This document shows positions 21,584-29,975 of a DNA stretch of 64,000 nt, piece by piece. The DNA is taken from NCBI GenBank assembly GCA_963703225.1, contig OY969801.1, positions 608,001 through 672,000 on the forward strand. The letters run 5' to 3'. Both the position numbers and the translations under genes were made by a program. How positions within the stretch are numbered: position 1 is the stretch's first letter; each line of letters starts with the position of its first letter. This DNA is from Candidatus Eiseniibacteriota bacterium (lineage in GTDB: Bacteria; Eisenbacteria; RBG-16-71-46; SZUA-252). The notes under the pieces were generated by a model. The model searched no databases, had not been told where the DNA came from, and saw nothing but the letters and a program-made list of their open reading frames with translations.

Positions 21584-22021
21584 GTGGCAGGAGTGAACAA
21601 GGTCATTTTGGTAGGGAATTTGGGCTCGGACCCCGAGATCCGGACCACGCCGGGCGGGCAGCGCGTGGCCAATTTCCGCATGGCCACGTCCCGATCCTGG
21701 ACCGGGCAGGACGGTCAGCGCCAGGAGAAGACGGAATGGCACTCGATCGTGGCCTGGGGAAAGCTCGCGGACATCTGCGAGCGCTTCCTGAACAAGGGGA
21801 AGCAGGTCTACGTCGAGGGGCGGCTCGAAACCCGGTCGTGGCAGGACAAAGAGGGGCAAACGCGGTACAAGACCGAGGTCATTTGCGAGACGATGCAAAT
21901 GCTGGGACGGGCCGGCGCCGATCGAGGCGGTGAGCCCGCCATGGATTCCCCGCCGCGGGGTGGTGCGCCGGATGAATCGCTGGCGCCCGCGGGCGGCTCG
22001 GACGACGACCTGCCCTTCTAG
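21584..22021 (+). CDS. ssb: Single-stranded DNA-binding protein
   Basis: [11 protein letters not shown]...EKTEWH...DDDLPF C-terminus. Confidence 0.97.
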   Translation: MAGVNKVILVGNLGSDPEIRTTPGGQRVANFRMATSRSWTGQDGQRQEKTEWHSIVAWGKLADICERFLNKGKQVYVEGRLETRSWQDKEGQTRYKTEVICETMQMLGRAGADRGGEPAMDSPPRGGAPDESLAPAGGSDDDLPF

Positions 22022-22058
22022 CGCCGCGCGCCCCCTCTGGGGTGGGGCGCGGCCCGCA

Positions 22059-23402
22059 TCACTGGATATAGCCTAGCGAGCGGAGCCTCTCGCGCAACTC
22101 ATCGTCGATGGGGGAGCGGAGAGGCTCTTCGCTTTGCCCCGCCGTGCGAGCGGTCTCGTAGGTCTTGAACCGAGTCTCGGTCGCCACGCGCTTCAGGACG
22201 CTCGGCGAGAGGGCGTCCTCGATCGGCCTTCCATCCATATCCTGCGCCGTCGGGAGCCCGAAGAAAGCTAGGATCGTCGGGGTGATGTCGAGCACGGTCG
22301 CGCCGGAGATGTTCGCGTCCTTCCGCGCATCGGGCCCCGCCACGAACACGATCCCATCCACCTTGTGGGCCATCACGCCCAAGCCTCCGCCGACGAACCC
22401 GTGGTCGGAGCAGAGGATGACGTCGGTCTTGGGTCCCGCCTCGCGCAGGAAATCGCCGATGAGCCGATCGGTGAAGACGTAGTAGTTCGGGACGATGTGC
22501 TTCATCCAATGGTACTCGTCGTCGTTCACAATGCCGTGTCCGGTGTTCGGAATGTCGATATCCCAGTAGATATGCGACACCTCGTCGACGCCGCGGAAAT
22601 AGACGGTGAAGAAGTCGGGGTGCGACTCGCGATAGAGGCGCATCGCGATCCGATAGAAGGTCATGTCGGCCGCGTAAATCCAACGGAGGTTCTTGACCAG
22701 CTCAACCTGACGGGCCGTCACCTTGGTCGTGTCGATCGGCGGGACGAACTGGAACAACTCCGCCCAGGAGACGCTCTCGGGGGTGCGGCGGAGCGCCTGG
22801 ACCAGGGAATCGAGCGATTCGGGATAGGTGCGCCGCGTGTCGTGCCCGGGCCAGCGCGTGAGATCGTACGGTGCGTAGTCGCTCACCAGGACCCCGTTCA
22901 CCGGCTGTGCCGGCCACGTCGTCCACCAGCCTACGACTCCAACCTTCTTGCCGAGCGATCCGAGGATGTCCCAGATCGGTCGGGCCCGCCACATGTTGGA
23001 GGTGACCAGCCGATCCGTCTCGGGCGAGGCGCTGTCGCCCCGGGCCCTCGCCCCCGCCGGATCCCGCTCGGCCTTTTCCGCGAAGAAACCGGAGACCCCG
23101 TGCTTGGTGGGAACCTTCCCGGTGGCAATGCTGGCCCAGATGATCGGGCTCTTGGTGAGCGGCTCGAGGGACCGGAGCTTGCCCGAGGCGCCCGTGTCGC
23201 GGAGCTTGGCGAACGCGGGCACGCGCTTTTGGTCGAGCAGGGGGCCGAGAATGTCCCACTCGCCGGCGTCGACGCCGATCACGAGGACCTTGGTGCGGGG
23301 CTTCTCGCCGGCCCCGGCGCAGGTCCAGGCTCCGATGCCGATCGCGAGACCGATACTCAGGCCGAGGAGGATTCGGGCGAGGCGTCCGGCGGGATGGATC
23401 AA
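22059..23402 (-). CDS. Alkaline phosphatase superfamily / type I phosphodiesterase protein
   Basis: VIGVDAG, WASIATG, D..SH, SDHGF, DITPTIL and ERLRSLGYI motifs. Confidence 0.8.
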   Translation of the reverse strand: MIHPAGRLARILLGLSIGLAIGIGAWTCAGAGEKPRTKVLVIGVDAGEWDILGPLLDQKRVPAFAKLRDTGASGKLRSLEPLTKSPIIWASIATGKVPTKHGVSGFFAEKAERDPAGARARGDSASPETDRLVTSNMWRARPIWDILGSLGKKVGVVGWWTTWPAQPVNGVLVSDYAPYDLTRWPGHDTRRTYPESLDSLVQALRRTPESVSWAELFQFVPPIDTTKVTARQVELVKNLRWIYAADMTFYRIAMRLYRESHPDFFTVYFRGVDEVSHIYWDIDIPNTGHGIVNDDEYHWMKHIVPNYYVFTDRLIGDFLREAGPKTDVILCSDHGFVGGGLGVMAHKVDGIVFVAGPDARKDANISGATVLDITPTILAFFGLPTAQDMDGRPIEDALSPSVLKRVATETRFKTYETARTAGQSEEPLRSPIDDELRERLRSLGYIQ

Positions 23403-23524
23403 GTGGTCTCCGAGGTGGCGTTCCGATGGTTGGGTCCGGCCGCGGAGCCTACCACCGGCGCCCGGCCCGTGCTACTGAGACCGCTCCGGGGCGCATTCGG
23501 TTCCCGCCTGAAGGCGCTCAAACC

Positions 23525-23553
23525 TTGACTTCGGCGGTATTCCCGCCTAGTTT
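23525..23553 (+). promoter_or_regulatory. Sigma70-type promoter of tRNA-Lys
   Basis: TTGACT-17 bp-TAGTTT upstream of the tRNA. Confidence 0.6.
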
Positions 23554-23575
23554 CAATCGGTTTCCCGCCTGATGT

Positions 23576-23651
<76 letters not shown>

Positions 23652-23696
23652 TTTTAGGCAGATGACTGCGGTTCCCTCGTGATGCCGGCTTCGCCT

Positions 23697-24716
23697 TCAC
23701 ATCTTGTGATGCTTGGAGATCTCTTCCTTGGTAAGCCGGAGGAAGCGGGCTGCGTTGTTGTACAGAATGTCGCGCCGCTGGGCCTTGCTCAAGAATGGCG
23801 CGCCCTCAATGACGGCGATCGACCGCTCGATCACACCGGGCCAGACCATTTGATCCGAACCGAACATCACTCGCTTACCAAATCCAGCTTCCGTGATGCC
23901 GCGTAGGTATCTGTAGAACCCCGCCCGAGGTTGAGAGAATACTATGACTCCAACGTCCACGTAGACCTGCGGGTGCGCGTACATCACGGCGAGGAGATCA
24001 TCGAGCATGGGGAAGCCGGCGTGCATGATGTAAAGCCTCAATCGCGGATGACGCACGAGTACTTCCTCCAGCGTCAAGGCACTATGCATCCTGGCTCGAT
24101 AACCTGTCGCACCGAGATAGATCACGCCTGGCGGGCCAGGACCGACGTGGATTCCCACCGGAATGTCCAGCTCCTCTGCAAGGGCCCAGTAGGGCTCCAT
24201 CCGCGGATCGTCCGGCGCAATTCCGGCGTATTGGGTCGTGATCTCCGCCAACGCTGCGAGGCGGCCCACCTTGTGCAACGCTCGCAGGGAGTCAGGGGAT
24301 GGATCGTCCGGATCGAGCGAGAGGCCGCAGCCTGGAAGGAATCGACCCGGTGCCGCCTTCATCCAGGCAGCCACACGATCGGGTTTGCCGCTGAGAACGC
24401 CGACGATGTTCCGCCGTGTCATGACCTCAATGGTCTGGGTCATCACCTCGTCGTCCGTCATCGGCGACCAGACCGGACGCGCGCATGGAGGCTGCTTCAG
24501 CATCGCCACCCACGCCTCGCCGTAGGGCCGCGACTGGTCCCAGACCGGCATCTCTTCGAGAGGCGCGCAGATGCCAAGTGGCGGCGGCCCCTCTTCATCA
24601 GCCGCCAGTGCATGGAGGTGCATATCAATGATTGGGAGATGCTCCTTGGCTTCAACCCGACCTGCGATCAGGATCAGCACTTGCGCCAGCAGTAGGGCTC
24701 TCTTGCAGCAGCACAT
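23697..24716 (-). CDS. Amidohydrolase family protein (cargo 1)
   Basis: Signal peptide; IIDMHLH, GIHVG, MHAG and MFGSDQMVWP motifs. Confidence 0.85.
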   Translation of the reverse strand: MCCCKRALLLAQVLILIAGRVEAKEHLPIIDMHLHALAADEEGPPPLGICAPLEEMPVWDQSRPYGEAWVAMLKQPPCARPVWSPMTDDEVMTQTIEVMTRRNIVGVLSGKPDRVAAWMKAAPGRFLPGCGLSLDPDDPSPDSLRALHKVGRLAALAEITTQYAGIAPDDPRMEPYWALAEELDIPVGIHVGPGPPGVIYLGATGYRARMHSALTLEEVLVRHPRLRLYIMHAGFPMLDDLLAVMYAHPQVYVDVGVIVFSQPRAGFYRYLRGITEAGFGKRVMFGSDQMVWPGVIERSIAVIEGAPFLSKAQRRDILYNNAARFLRLTKEEISKHHKM

Positions 24717-24780
24717 CGCGGCTCCTCCAGAGGGAGAGGGCGTGGCCCACGCATCGGGGAGGCAAAGAGACCGCCTCGGC

Positions 24781-24968
24781 CGAGTGTAGTCTAACTGTAG
24801 TTGACGGAACCGGAGCTGGCCGTCGCGAACGGGGAGTATGGACCTGCGCGGAGCAGGGTCAACGTGGAGTCTTCGCTACATTTCGTGACATTTCGTGCCG
24901 GTTCGTGACATCCCAGGCTTCGACTCTTAATCAGTAGGTTCTAGGTTCGATTCCTAGGCGGCGCACCA
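24781..24968 (+). repeat. Array element copy 1 (arm plus exact 47-bp tRNA-Lys 3' part at 24922-24968)
   Basis: GACTCTTAATCAGTAGGTTCTAGGTTCGATTCCTAGGCGGCGCACCA is identical to 23605-23651. Confidence 0.97.
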
Positions 24969-24996
24969 TTTTCCCCCAGGAGAGCCTTCCTTTCGT

Positions 24997-25776
24997 CTAT
25001 CGAAGGAGCCTCTCGATCACTTCCCTGAGCAGCGGATTGAAGCCCTCGGGATCCTCCATCATCAGGAAGTGGCCCACGCCAGGCATGACGACGACATCGA
25101 CACCGTAGCGCGTCATGGATTCGATGTCGGTTGGTCCGTCATCGGGATTGATGGCGACCACGGGCAGGTTGAGCTCCCGCAGGGCCTTGGTCAACTCACG
25201 GCCGAAGGTCACGGCGGATTCCAGGGCCCCGAGTGCAATTCCGGGGGGTGCGGCCGACATGTCTGCCGCCACCCACTCGACCAAGGACGCATCAGTGCCG
25301 GGTAGGAACATGCCCCGAACGAACGTGCGGGTCGTTTCCTCGAAGGCGGTGCGGAACGGGGCCATCAGCGCCTGAACCTCCTCGGGAGTCCGCGATACCC
25401 CGAGCCGCCTGTAGGCATCGACCCATACCAAGCCAGCGACGCGGCCTGGAAGTCGGCGAGCCGCCTCGACGATCACGTCGCCGCCCATGGAGTGGCCGAT
25501 GAGAATGATCCGTTTGAGTGCAAGCTTTTCGACGACGGCCGCGACGTCCCCCCCGAACGCTCCGATTGTCCATGCATCACGTCCGCGTCCGGATTCGCCA
25601 TGCCCGGCGACATCGACGGTCACGACCTGGAATTCGTGGGAGAACGGCTCCGCCTGTTCCCTCCAGTAGCTTCGGTCACACGACCAGCCGTGGACGAACA
25701 CGAGGGCCGCAGTCCCTGCACCATGCGTCTCATACGAGACCGGAACACCATCGGGGGAGATGACGGTCTCAGTCAC
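24997..25776 (-). CDS. Alpha/beta hydrolase (cargo 2)
   Basis: VFVHGW, GHSMGG and GVGHF motifs. Confidence 0.9.
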   Translation of the reverse strand: MTETVISPDGVPVSYETHGAGTAALVFVHGWSCDRSYWREQAEPFSHEFQVVTVDVAGHGESGRGRDAWTIGAFGGDVAAVVEKLALKRIILIGHSMGGDVIVEAARRLPGRVAGLVWVDAYRRLGVSRTPEEVQALMAPFRTAFEETTRTFVRGMFLPGTDASLVEWVAADMSAAPPGIALGALESAVTFGRELTKALRELNLPVVAINPDDGPTDIESMTRYGVDVVVMPGVGHFLMMEDPEGFNPLLREVIERLLR

Positions 25777-25852
25777 TGCCGGGGCCCTCGAAGAACGTCA
25801 CTACCCGCACTGGAGGACGATGGATCCGATTTGGACTGGCCGCACGCATGAG

Positions 25853-26040
25853 CGACTGTAGTCTAACTGTAGTTGACGCCATCGTCGCCGGCAGTCACGA
25901 ACGGGGAGTTTGACCCGCCCAGAGTGGGGTTCAAACTGAGGTTTTCGCTACATTTCGTGACATTTCACGCCGGTTCGTGACATCCTGGGCGTCGACTCTT
26001 AATCAGTAGGTTCTAGGTTCGATTCCTAGGCGGCGCACCA
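25853..26040 (+). repeat. Array element copy 2 (47-bp core at 25994-26040)
   Basis: Same arm motifs and identical tRNA core. Confidence 0.97.
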
Positions 26041-26858
26041 ACTTCTGCCAGATACATCACCCGCGACATCGCCCCCCGCCTCGAGAGTTCGATTGCGGTT
26101 TCGAGGTACTCCCTTTGGCTCTCGAAATCAGCCGCGCTTGAGGTCCCTTCGAGTTCGGCTCGGTGTGCGCTCATGGCTTTCAATCTACCACTGGCGTTCT
26201 TGAGCACGCTCGAGGTTCGATCCTCGGTTTCTACAAGCCCCAAACCCGAATCCTCGAGCAGTCTTTCGTTCCAGCCTGGGGTCACGAACTGGGTGTAGCC
26301 GTGAACGCTGCGTTTGCGCACGTCCTCGTTGGATAAGCAGCCGGTGACCACGCCGGCATCTGTAAACAGGAACCTCCCTCGGGGCCGAAGCAGTCTCGCC
26401 ACCTCCCGGAAGAACTCCAAACGATCACGAAGGTGAAGCACTACGTCCAGGGACATGGCTGCGTCGAATGAACCCGCTTCGAAGGGGAGTGGCTCGTTCA
26501 GGTCGGCTTCGCGTACCGAAAGGAGGCCATCGACCCCAAGTGAGGTCGCGCGCCTGTGCCCGGCGAGGAGCGCCGACGGGCTCAGTTCTACACCGGTACC
26601 CTGGCACCCGATGGTAGCTAGAATGTAGGTGAGTGGGCCGCAGGGGCCGCAGCCAAGGTCGACAAACCGACTGGAAGGGGATAGCCGAAGCCGGCCAATG
26701 TCTCCGCGGATTTCGCCGGTGTCCACCCAGGAGTGCTGCCCTACATCCTCACCATAGGCCTCGCGACGAATCTGCCGCATCAGCGGCGAGTCGAATTCCT
26801 CATAGAAGGATTCGTATCCGTCAGCCCGTGACTCTTTAAACGCATTCATGCCGCGCAC
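26013..26858 (-). CDS. Class I SAM-dependent methyltransferase (cargo 3); stop codon lies inside the tRNA fragment
   Basis: VDLGCGPCG and LRPRGRFLFTD motifs; C-terminus GAPPRNRT is encoded by the antisense tRNA core. Confidence 0.85.
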   Translation of the reverse strand: MRGMNAFKESRADGYESFYEEFDSPLMRQIRREAYGEDVGQHSWVDTGEIRGDIGRLRLSPSSRFVDLGCGPCGPLTYILATIGCQGTGVELSPSALLAGHRRATSLGVDGLLSVREADLNEPLPFEAGSFDAAMSLDVVLHLRDRLEFFREVARLLRPRGRFLFTDAGVVTGCLSNEDVRKRSVHGYTQFVTPGWNERLLEDSGLGLVETEDRTSSVLKNASGRLKAMSAHRAELEGTSSAADFESQREYLETAIELSRRGAMSRVMYLAEVGAPPRNRT

Positions 26859-26881
26859 CTCCGGAAGCCAGGTCCGCCCCG

Positions 26882-26995
26882 TGACTGTAGTCTAACTGTA
26901 GTTGACGCCAGCGTCGCTGGCCGTAGCGTACGGGGACTGTTGACCTGACCGGAGCGGGGTTAACGTGGGGTTTTGGTTACATTTCGCGACATTTC
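26882..26995 (+). repeat. Array element copy 3, truncated (arm only, no tRNA core)
   Basis: GACTGTAGTCTAACTGTAGTTGACGCC...TACATTTCGCGACATTTC then abrupt loss of similarity. Confidence 0.93.
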
Positions 26996-27083
26996 AGAGC
27001 AGCACCTTCCGGCGCGATCTATCGGGCTCAGCGAAGGCTGCAAAGTACATTTTCATCGTCTCCTCAAATACGGAGTGTTCCAT
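26994..27083 (-). pseudogene. Truncated cargo gene, N-terminus resembling SnoaL/NTF2-like proteins
   Basis: RBS AAGGAG then MEHSVFEETMKMYFAAFAEPDRSRRKVLL-stop; the stop falls at the junction with copy 3. Confidence 0.6.
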
Positions 27084-27125
27084 CTTCGTCTCCTTCCCGG
27101 CACGCCCACGTGCCCACCGCGTGAG

Positions 27126-27313
27126 CGACTGTAGTCTAACTGTAGTTGACGCCACCGGAGCTGGCCGTCGCGAACGGGGAGTATTGACCTACGCGGAGCG
27201 GGGTCAACGTGGCGTCTTCATTACATTTCGTGACATTTCGTGCCGGTTCGTGACATCTGGGGCATCGACTCTTAATCAGTAGGTTCTAGGTTCGATTCCT
27301 AGGCGGCGCACCA
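27126..27313 (+). repeat. Array element copy 4 (47-bp core at 27267-27313)
   Basis: Same arm motifs and identical tRNA core. Confidence 0.97.
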
Positions 27314-27376
27314 TTTTAGCCGTGGGTTCGCATCTGCGAAGGGGCGCCGTTCGTAGACTTCCAGGCGGGCGTTGGG

Positions 27377-28777
27377 CTACCGCTTCGCCGCCTGAACCAG
27401 CGAGTCCAGCTCGGCTCGCGACAACTCGGGAGCATTCCCCCGCATCGGCCAGGACTGGACAATGCGATCCACGTCCAGCTTCTGTTCATCGATCCAAGCG
27501 AGTAGCGGCGCCGTACGGCCGCTGGCTCGGAGCTTCCCGTCGGCGGCGCGCACCCAACCCAGCGAGCTTTCGAATAGGAGCTTCGCGCGCGGGAACCAGA
27601 ACACCACGAATTCGTCGGTGTGCTGCGAGCGATCGTAGGCGAGGGCGACGAGTTGATTCGTGGAGTCGGCGAGCTCGAACCGGTCCGAGAAGGTCCGGAT
27701 CCTCAACGGCCGGGGCGCACGCGCCAGCCGGTCAGGCTCGATCGTGAAGGGAAGAGCGGCGATCCCCCGTACGAACGCCTCATTCCCGGGCGTCGTGACC
27801 ACGGTCGCATCCTCCGCGATCATCGCACGAAGCCCGCCCGTGTAGTGCGGGTGATAGTGGCCGAAAAACGCATAGCGGATCGGTTTCTGCGGCCAACGCT
27901 TCCTGGCCGCATCGGCCAGCCGCTCGCCGTTCGAGCTCCCCACCGCGAACTCGATCAGAGTCAGGTAATCCGAGAACTCAACGATCAAGGTCCGTGAGTT
28001 GATGTCGTCCATGTCCGCAGACCAGATACCGGGTGATAACGGGACGATCTTGGGCTCATCGACGAGCTTGTCGGGATCTGCGGGCGGGGTGTCGAACACA
28101 CTCGGCGAGCGGAGCAGCGACTCCGCCGGCGCCTGGTCGGACCACGACACGAGATGCTCCGCCATCCGCCACTGCCAGTCGCGTCGGTGGAGCACCATAA
28201 GAAAGGCTTGGGGTGCGACGTCGCCGTCCTTCCAGGTGTAGACGATCGAGTCGCGCACGTCGCCCAAACGCGGATGCGCCCAAGGCTCGAGGTAACGGTC
28301 AGGCCGCGCGATCTTCCCGATCAGCTCGCCGCGCCACTCGGTTTTGTGGCCGCGCGCCAAGCGCTGTAGCTCGGCGGGAAAGCCGGCCAGCGCCTGGAGG
28401 CGACCCTCGTACGCTCTTCTGCCGGTGAAAAGCACCCACCGCGCACCGGGCGCGTCGCGGTGAAACACACTGTCGCCGGACACGAGGTAGGTCTCCGGCA
28501 CCCGTGCGGTGTCTCCCTCGGACCACGTCGTCCAATCCAGTCGGGCGCTCCCGCCGGGCTCGCCATAGAACCGCTGCTCGGAGCCATAGGATCGGGTCTC
28601 TCCGGGTCGGCGGTAGTCCGCCTTCAGCCAGAGCGTGCCCTGGTAGCGGATCTGGGCCGGGCGGGGAGCGATCTTCTTGGGCGTTCGGGCGTCGCCCGGT
28701 GCCGCTTGGAAGGGGACGATCGAGGCACCGATCGCGAGGATGGCGATCCACGCGGGGGCTTTAAGAATGCATCTCAT
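27377..28777 (-). CDS. Secreted protein with C-terminal metallo-beta-lactamase-like fold (cargo)
   Basis: Signal peptide; PIRYAFFGHYHPHYTGGLR and HTDE motifs. Confidence 0.7.
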   Translation of the reverse strand: MRCILKAPAWIAILAIGASIVPFQAAPGDARTPKKIAPRPAQIRYQGTLWLKADYRRPGETRSYGSEQRFYGEPGGSARLDWTTWSEGDTARVPETYLVSGDSVFHRDAPGARWVLFTGRRAYEGRLQALAGFPAELQRLARGHKTEWRGELIGKIARPDRYLEPWAHPRLGDVRDSIVYTWKDGDVAPQAFLMVLHRRDWQWRMAEHLVSWSDQAPAESLLRSPSVFDTPPADPDKLVDEPKIVPLSPGIWSADMDDINSRTLIVEFSDYLTLIEFAVGSSNGERLADAARKRWPQKPIRYAFFGHYHPHYTGGLRAMIAEDATVVTTPGNEAFVRGIAALPFTIEPDRLARAPRPLRIRTFSDRFELADSTNQLVALAYDRSQHTDEFVVFWFPRAKLLFESSLGWVRAADGKLRASGRTAPLLAWIDEQKLDVDRIVQSWPMRGNAPELSRAELDSLVQAAKR

Positions 28778-28808
28778 GGCGGGAGCTAGGGTAGCGCCAT
28801 CGCCCTGG

Positions 28809-28995
28809 CGACTGTAGTCTAACTGTAGTTGACGCCAGCGGAGCTGGCCGTCACGAACCGTGAGTGTCGCCCGCGCAGGGCGGCCTCAACATGGGGTCTT
28901 CGCTACATTTCGTGACATTTCGTGCCGGCGGGTGACATTGCGGGCTTCGACTCTTAATCAGTAGGTTCTAGGTTCGATTCCTAGGCGGCGCACCA
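28809..28995 (+). repeat. Array element copy 5 (47-bp core at 28949-28995)
   Basis: Same arm motifs and identical tRNA core. Confidence 0.97.
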
Positions 28996-29172
28996 CTTTA
29001 GTCGAGGCATTCCAGCGCCTTCCCCACCGTATCCCTCAGTTAGGGAAGGCGGGCTTCTAGCACAGGTGAACGGCTTCCCGATTTTTCGAATTCGCTTGGC
29101 TGTAAGGGCCGCCTCCCGCTAGGTTCCGGGGCAGCACCTTGAGCGCCCTTACGCAACCGATCGGGAGGCTCC

Positions 29173-29535
29173 ATGCATCGGTCCTGGCACCCCGTCCGTC
29201 TGGCTTTCCCGTGGCTTCTCACCATCGCGACCCTTCTCGTCATCCCGGGCTGCATGGGCAAGACACCCATCAAGACCCTTCTGGACGATCCAGAGCTTAA
29301 CAACGGCAAGCAGGTACAAATCGCGGGAGAGGTGACGAAGTCCCCCGCGATGCCGGGATCCGACTCTTTCGAGGTCGACGACGGAACCGGTAAGGTCTTT
29401 GTGCTCTCGAAGGAACACGGGAGTCCGCGGGAAGGCACCAAGGTCGTCGTGAAGGGGATCTTTTACGCTTCGATCTCGTCCAAGACCCAGACGTTCGCGG
29501 CCGTCATGGAGACGGTGCCCCGCAAGAATAGGTAA
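29173..29535 (+). CDS. Putative OB-fold lipoprotein (cargo)
   Basis: Lipobox-like IPGC; VQIAGEV...FEVDDGTGKVFV OB-fold pattern; RBS GGAGG. Confidence 0.65.
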   Translation: MHRSWHPVRLAFPWLLTIATLLVIPGCMGKTPIKTLLDDPELNNGKQVQIAGEVTKSPAMPGSDSFEVDDGTGKVFVLSKEHGSPREGTKVVVKGIFYASISSKTQTFAAVMETVPRKNR

Positions 29536-29676
29536 CCCGACCCCGTTTTCTTTCCCGTCAGCGGTTCGTGGGGGTGGTTCTCCGGAAGGTCAAGTCGACT
29601 TCGGAGGCAGGCACCGGATAAGGCTGGTGAGTCATGCGGCCCGAACCCTCAGGAGCGTGGGAGCGCAGCGCGGGAG

Positions 29677-29863
29677 CGACTGTAGTCCAAGTGTAGTTGA
29701 CGCCACCGTAGCTGGCCGTCGCGAACGGGGAGTGTGACCCCCCACGGAGCAGGGTCAACGCGCCGTCTTGGTTACATTTCGTGACGATTCGCGCCGGTTC
29801 GCGACACCCCGGGCTTCGACTCTTAATCAGTAGGTTCTAGGTTCGATTCCTAGGCGGCGCACC
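29677..29863 (+). repeat. Array element copy 6 (46-bp core at 29818-29863)
   Basis: Same arm motifs; core identical except for the terminal A. Confidence 0.96.
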
Positions 29864-29912
29864 GCTCTACCCGAGGGACGGTCGTGTAAGTGTAGTTAAC
29901 GCGCGGCCAACG

Positions 29913-29948
29913 AATCGCCCCGCCCGATACGCCGGGCAGGGCGATTTT
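29913..29948. terminator. Stem-loop, probable terminator of the di-heme gene
   Basis: AATCGCCC-CGCCCG...CGGGCA-GGGCGATT inverted repeat just past the stop at 29976. Confidence 0.5.
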
Positions 29949-29975
29949 CCTTCAATGATCGTCTTGGAGGGCGAA

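Noticed and set aside
24922..29863. Five additional tRNA-Lys genes
   Set aside because: The copies lack the D-arm and the 5' anticodon-stem strand, so they are fragments rather than canonical tRNAs.
24781..29863. Classical integron attC sites or IS/MITE copies
   Set aside because: No RYYYAAC...GTTRRRY bounded palindrome, no terminal inverted repeats or target duplications, and no intI or transposase seen.
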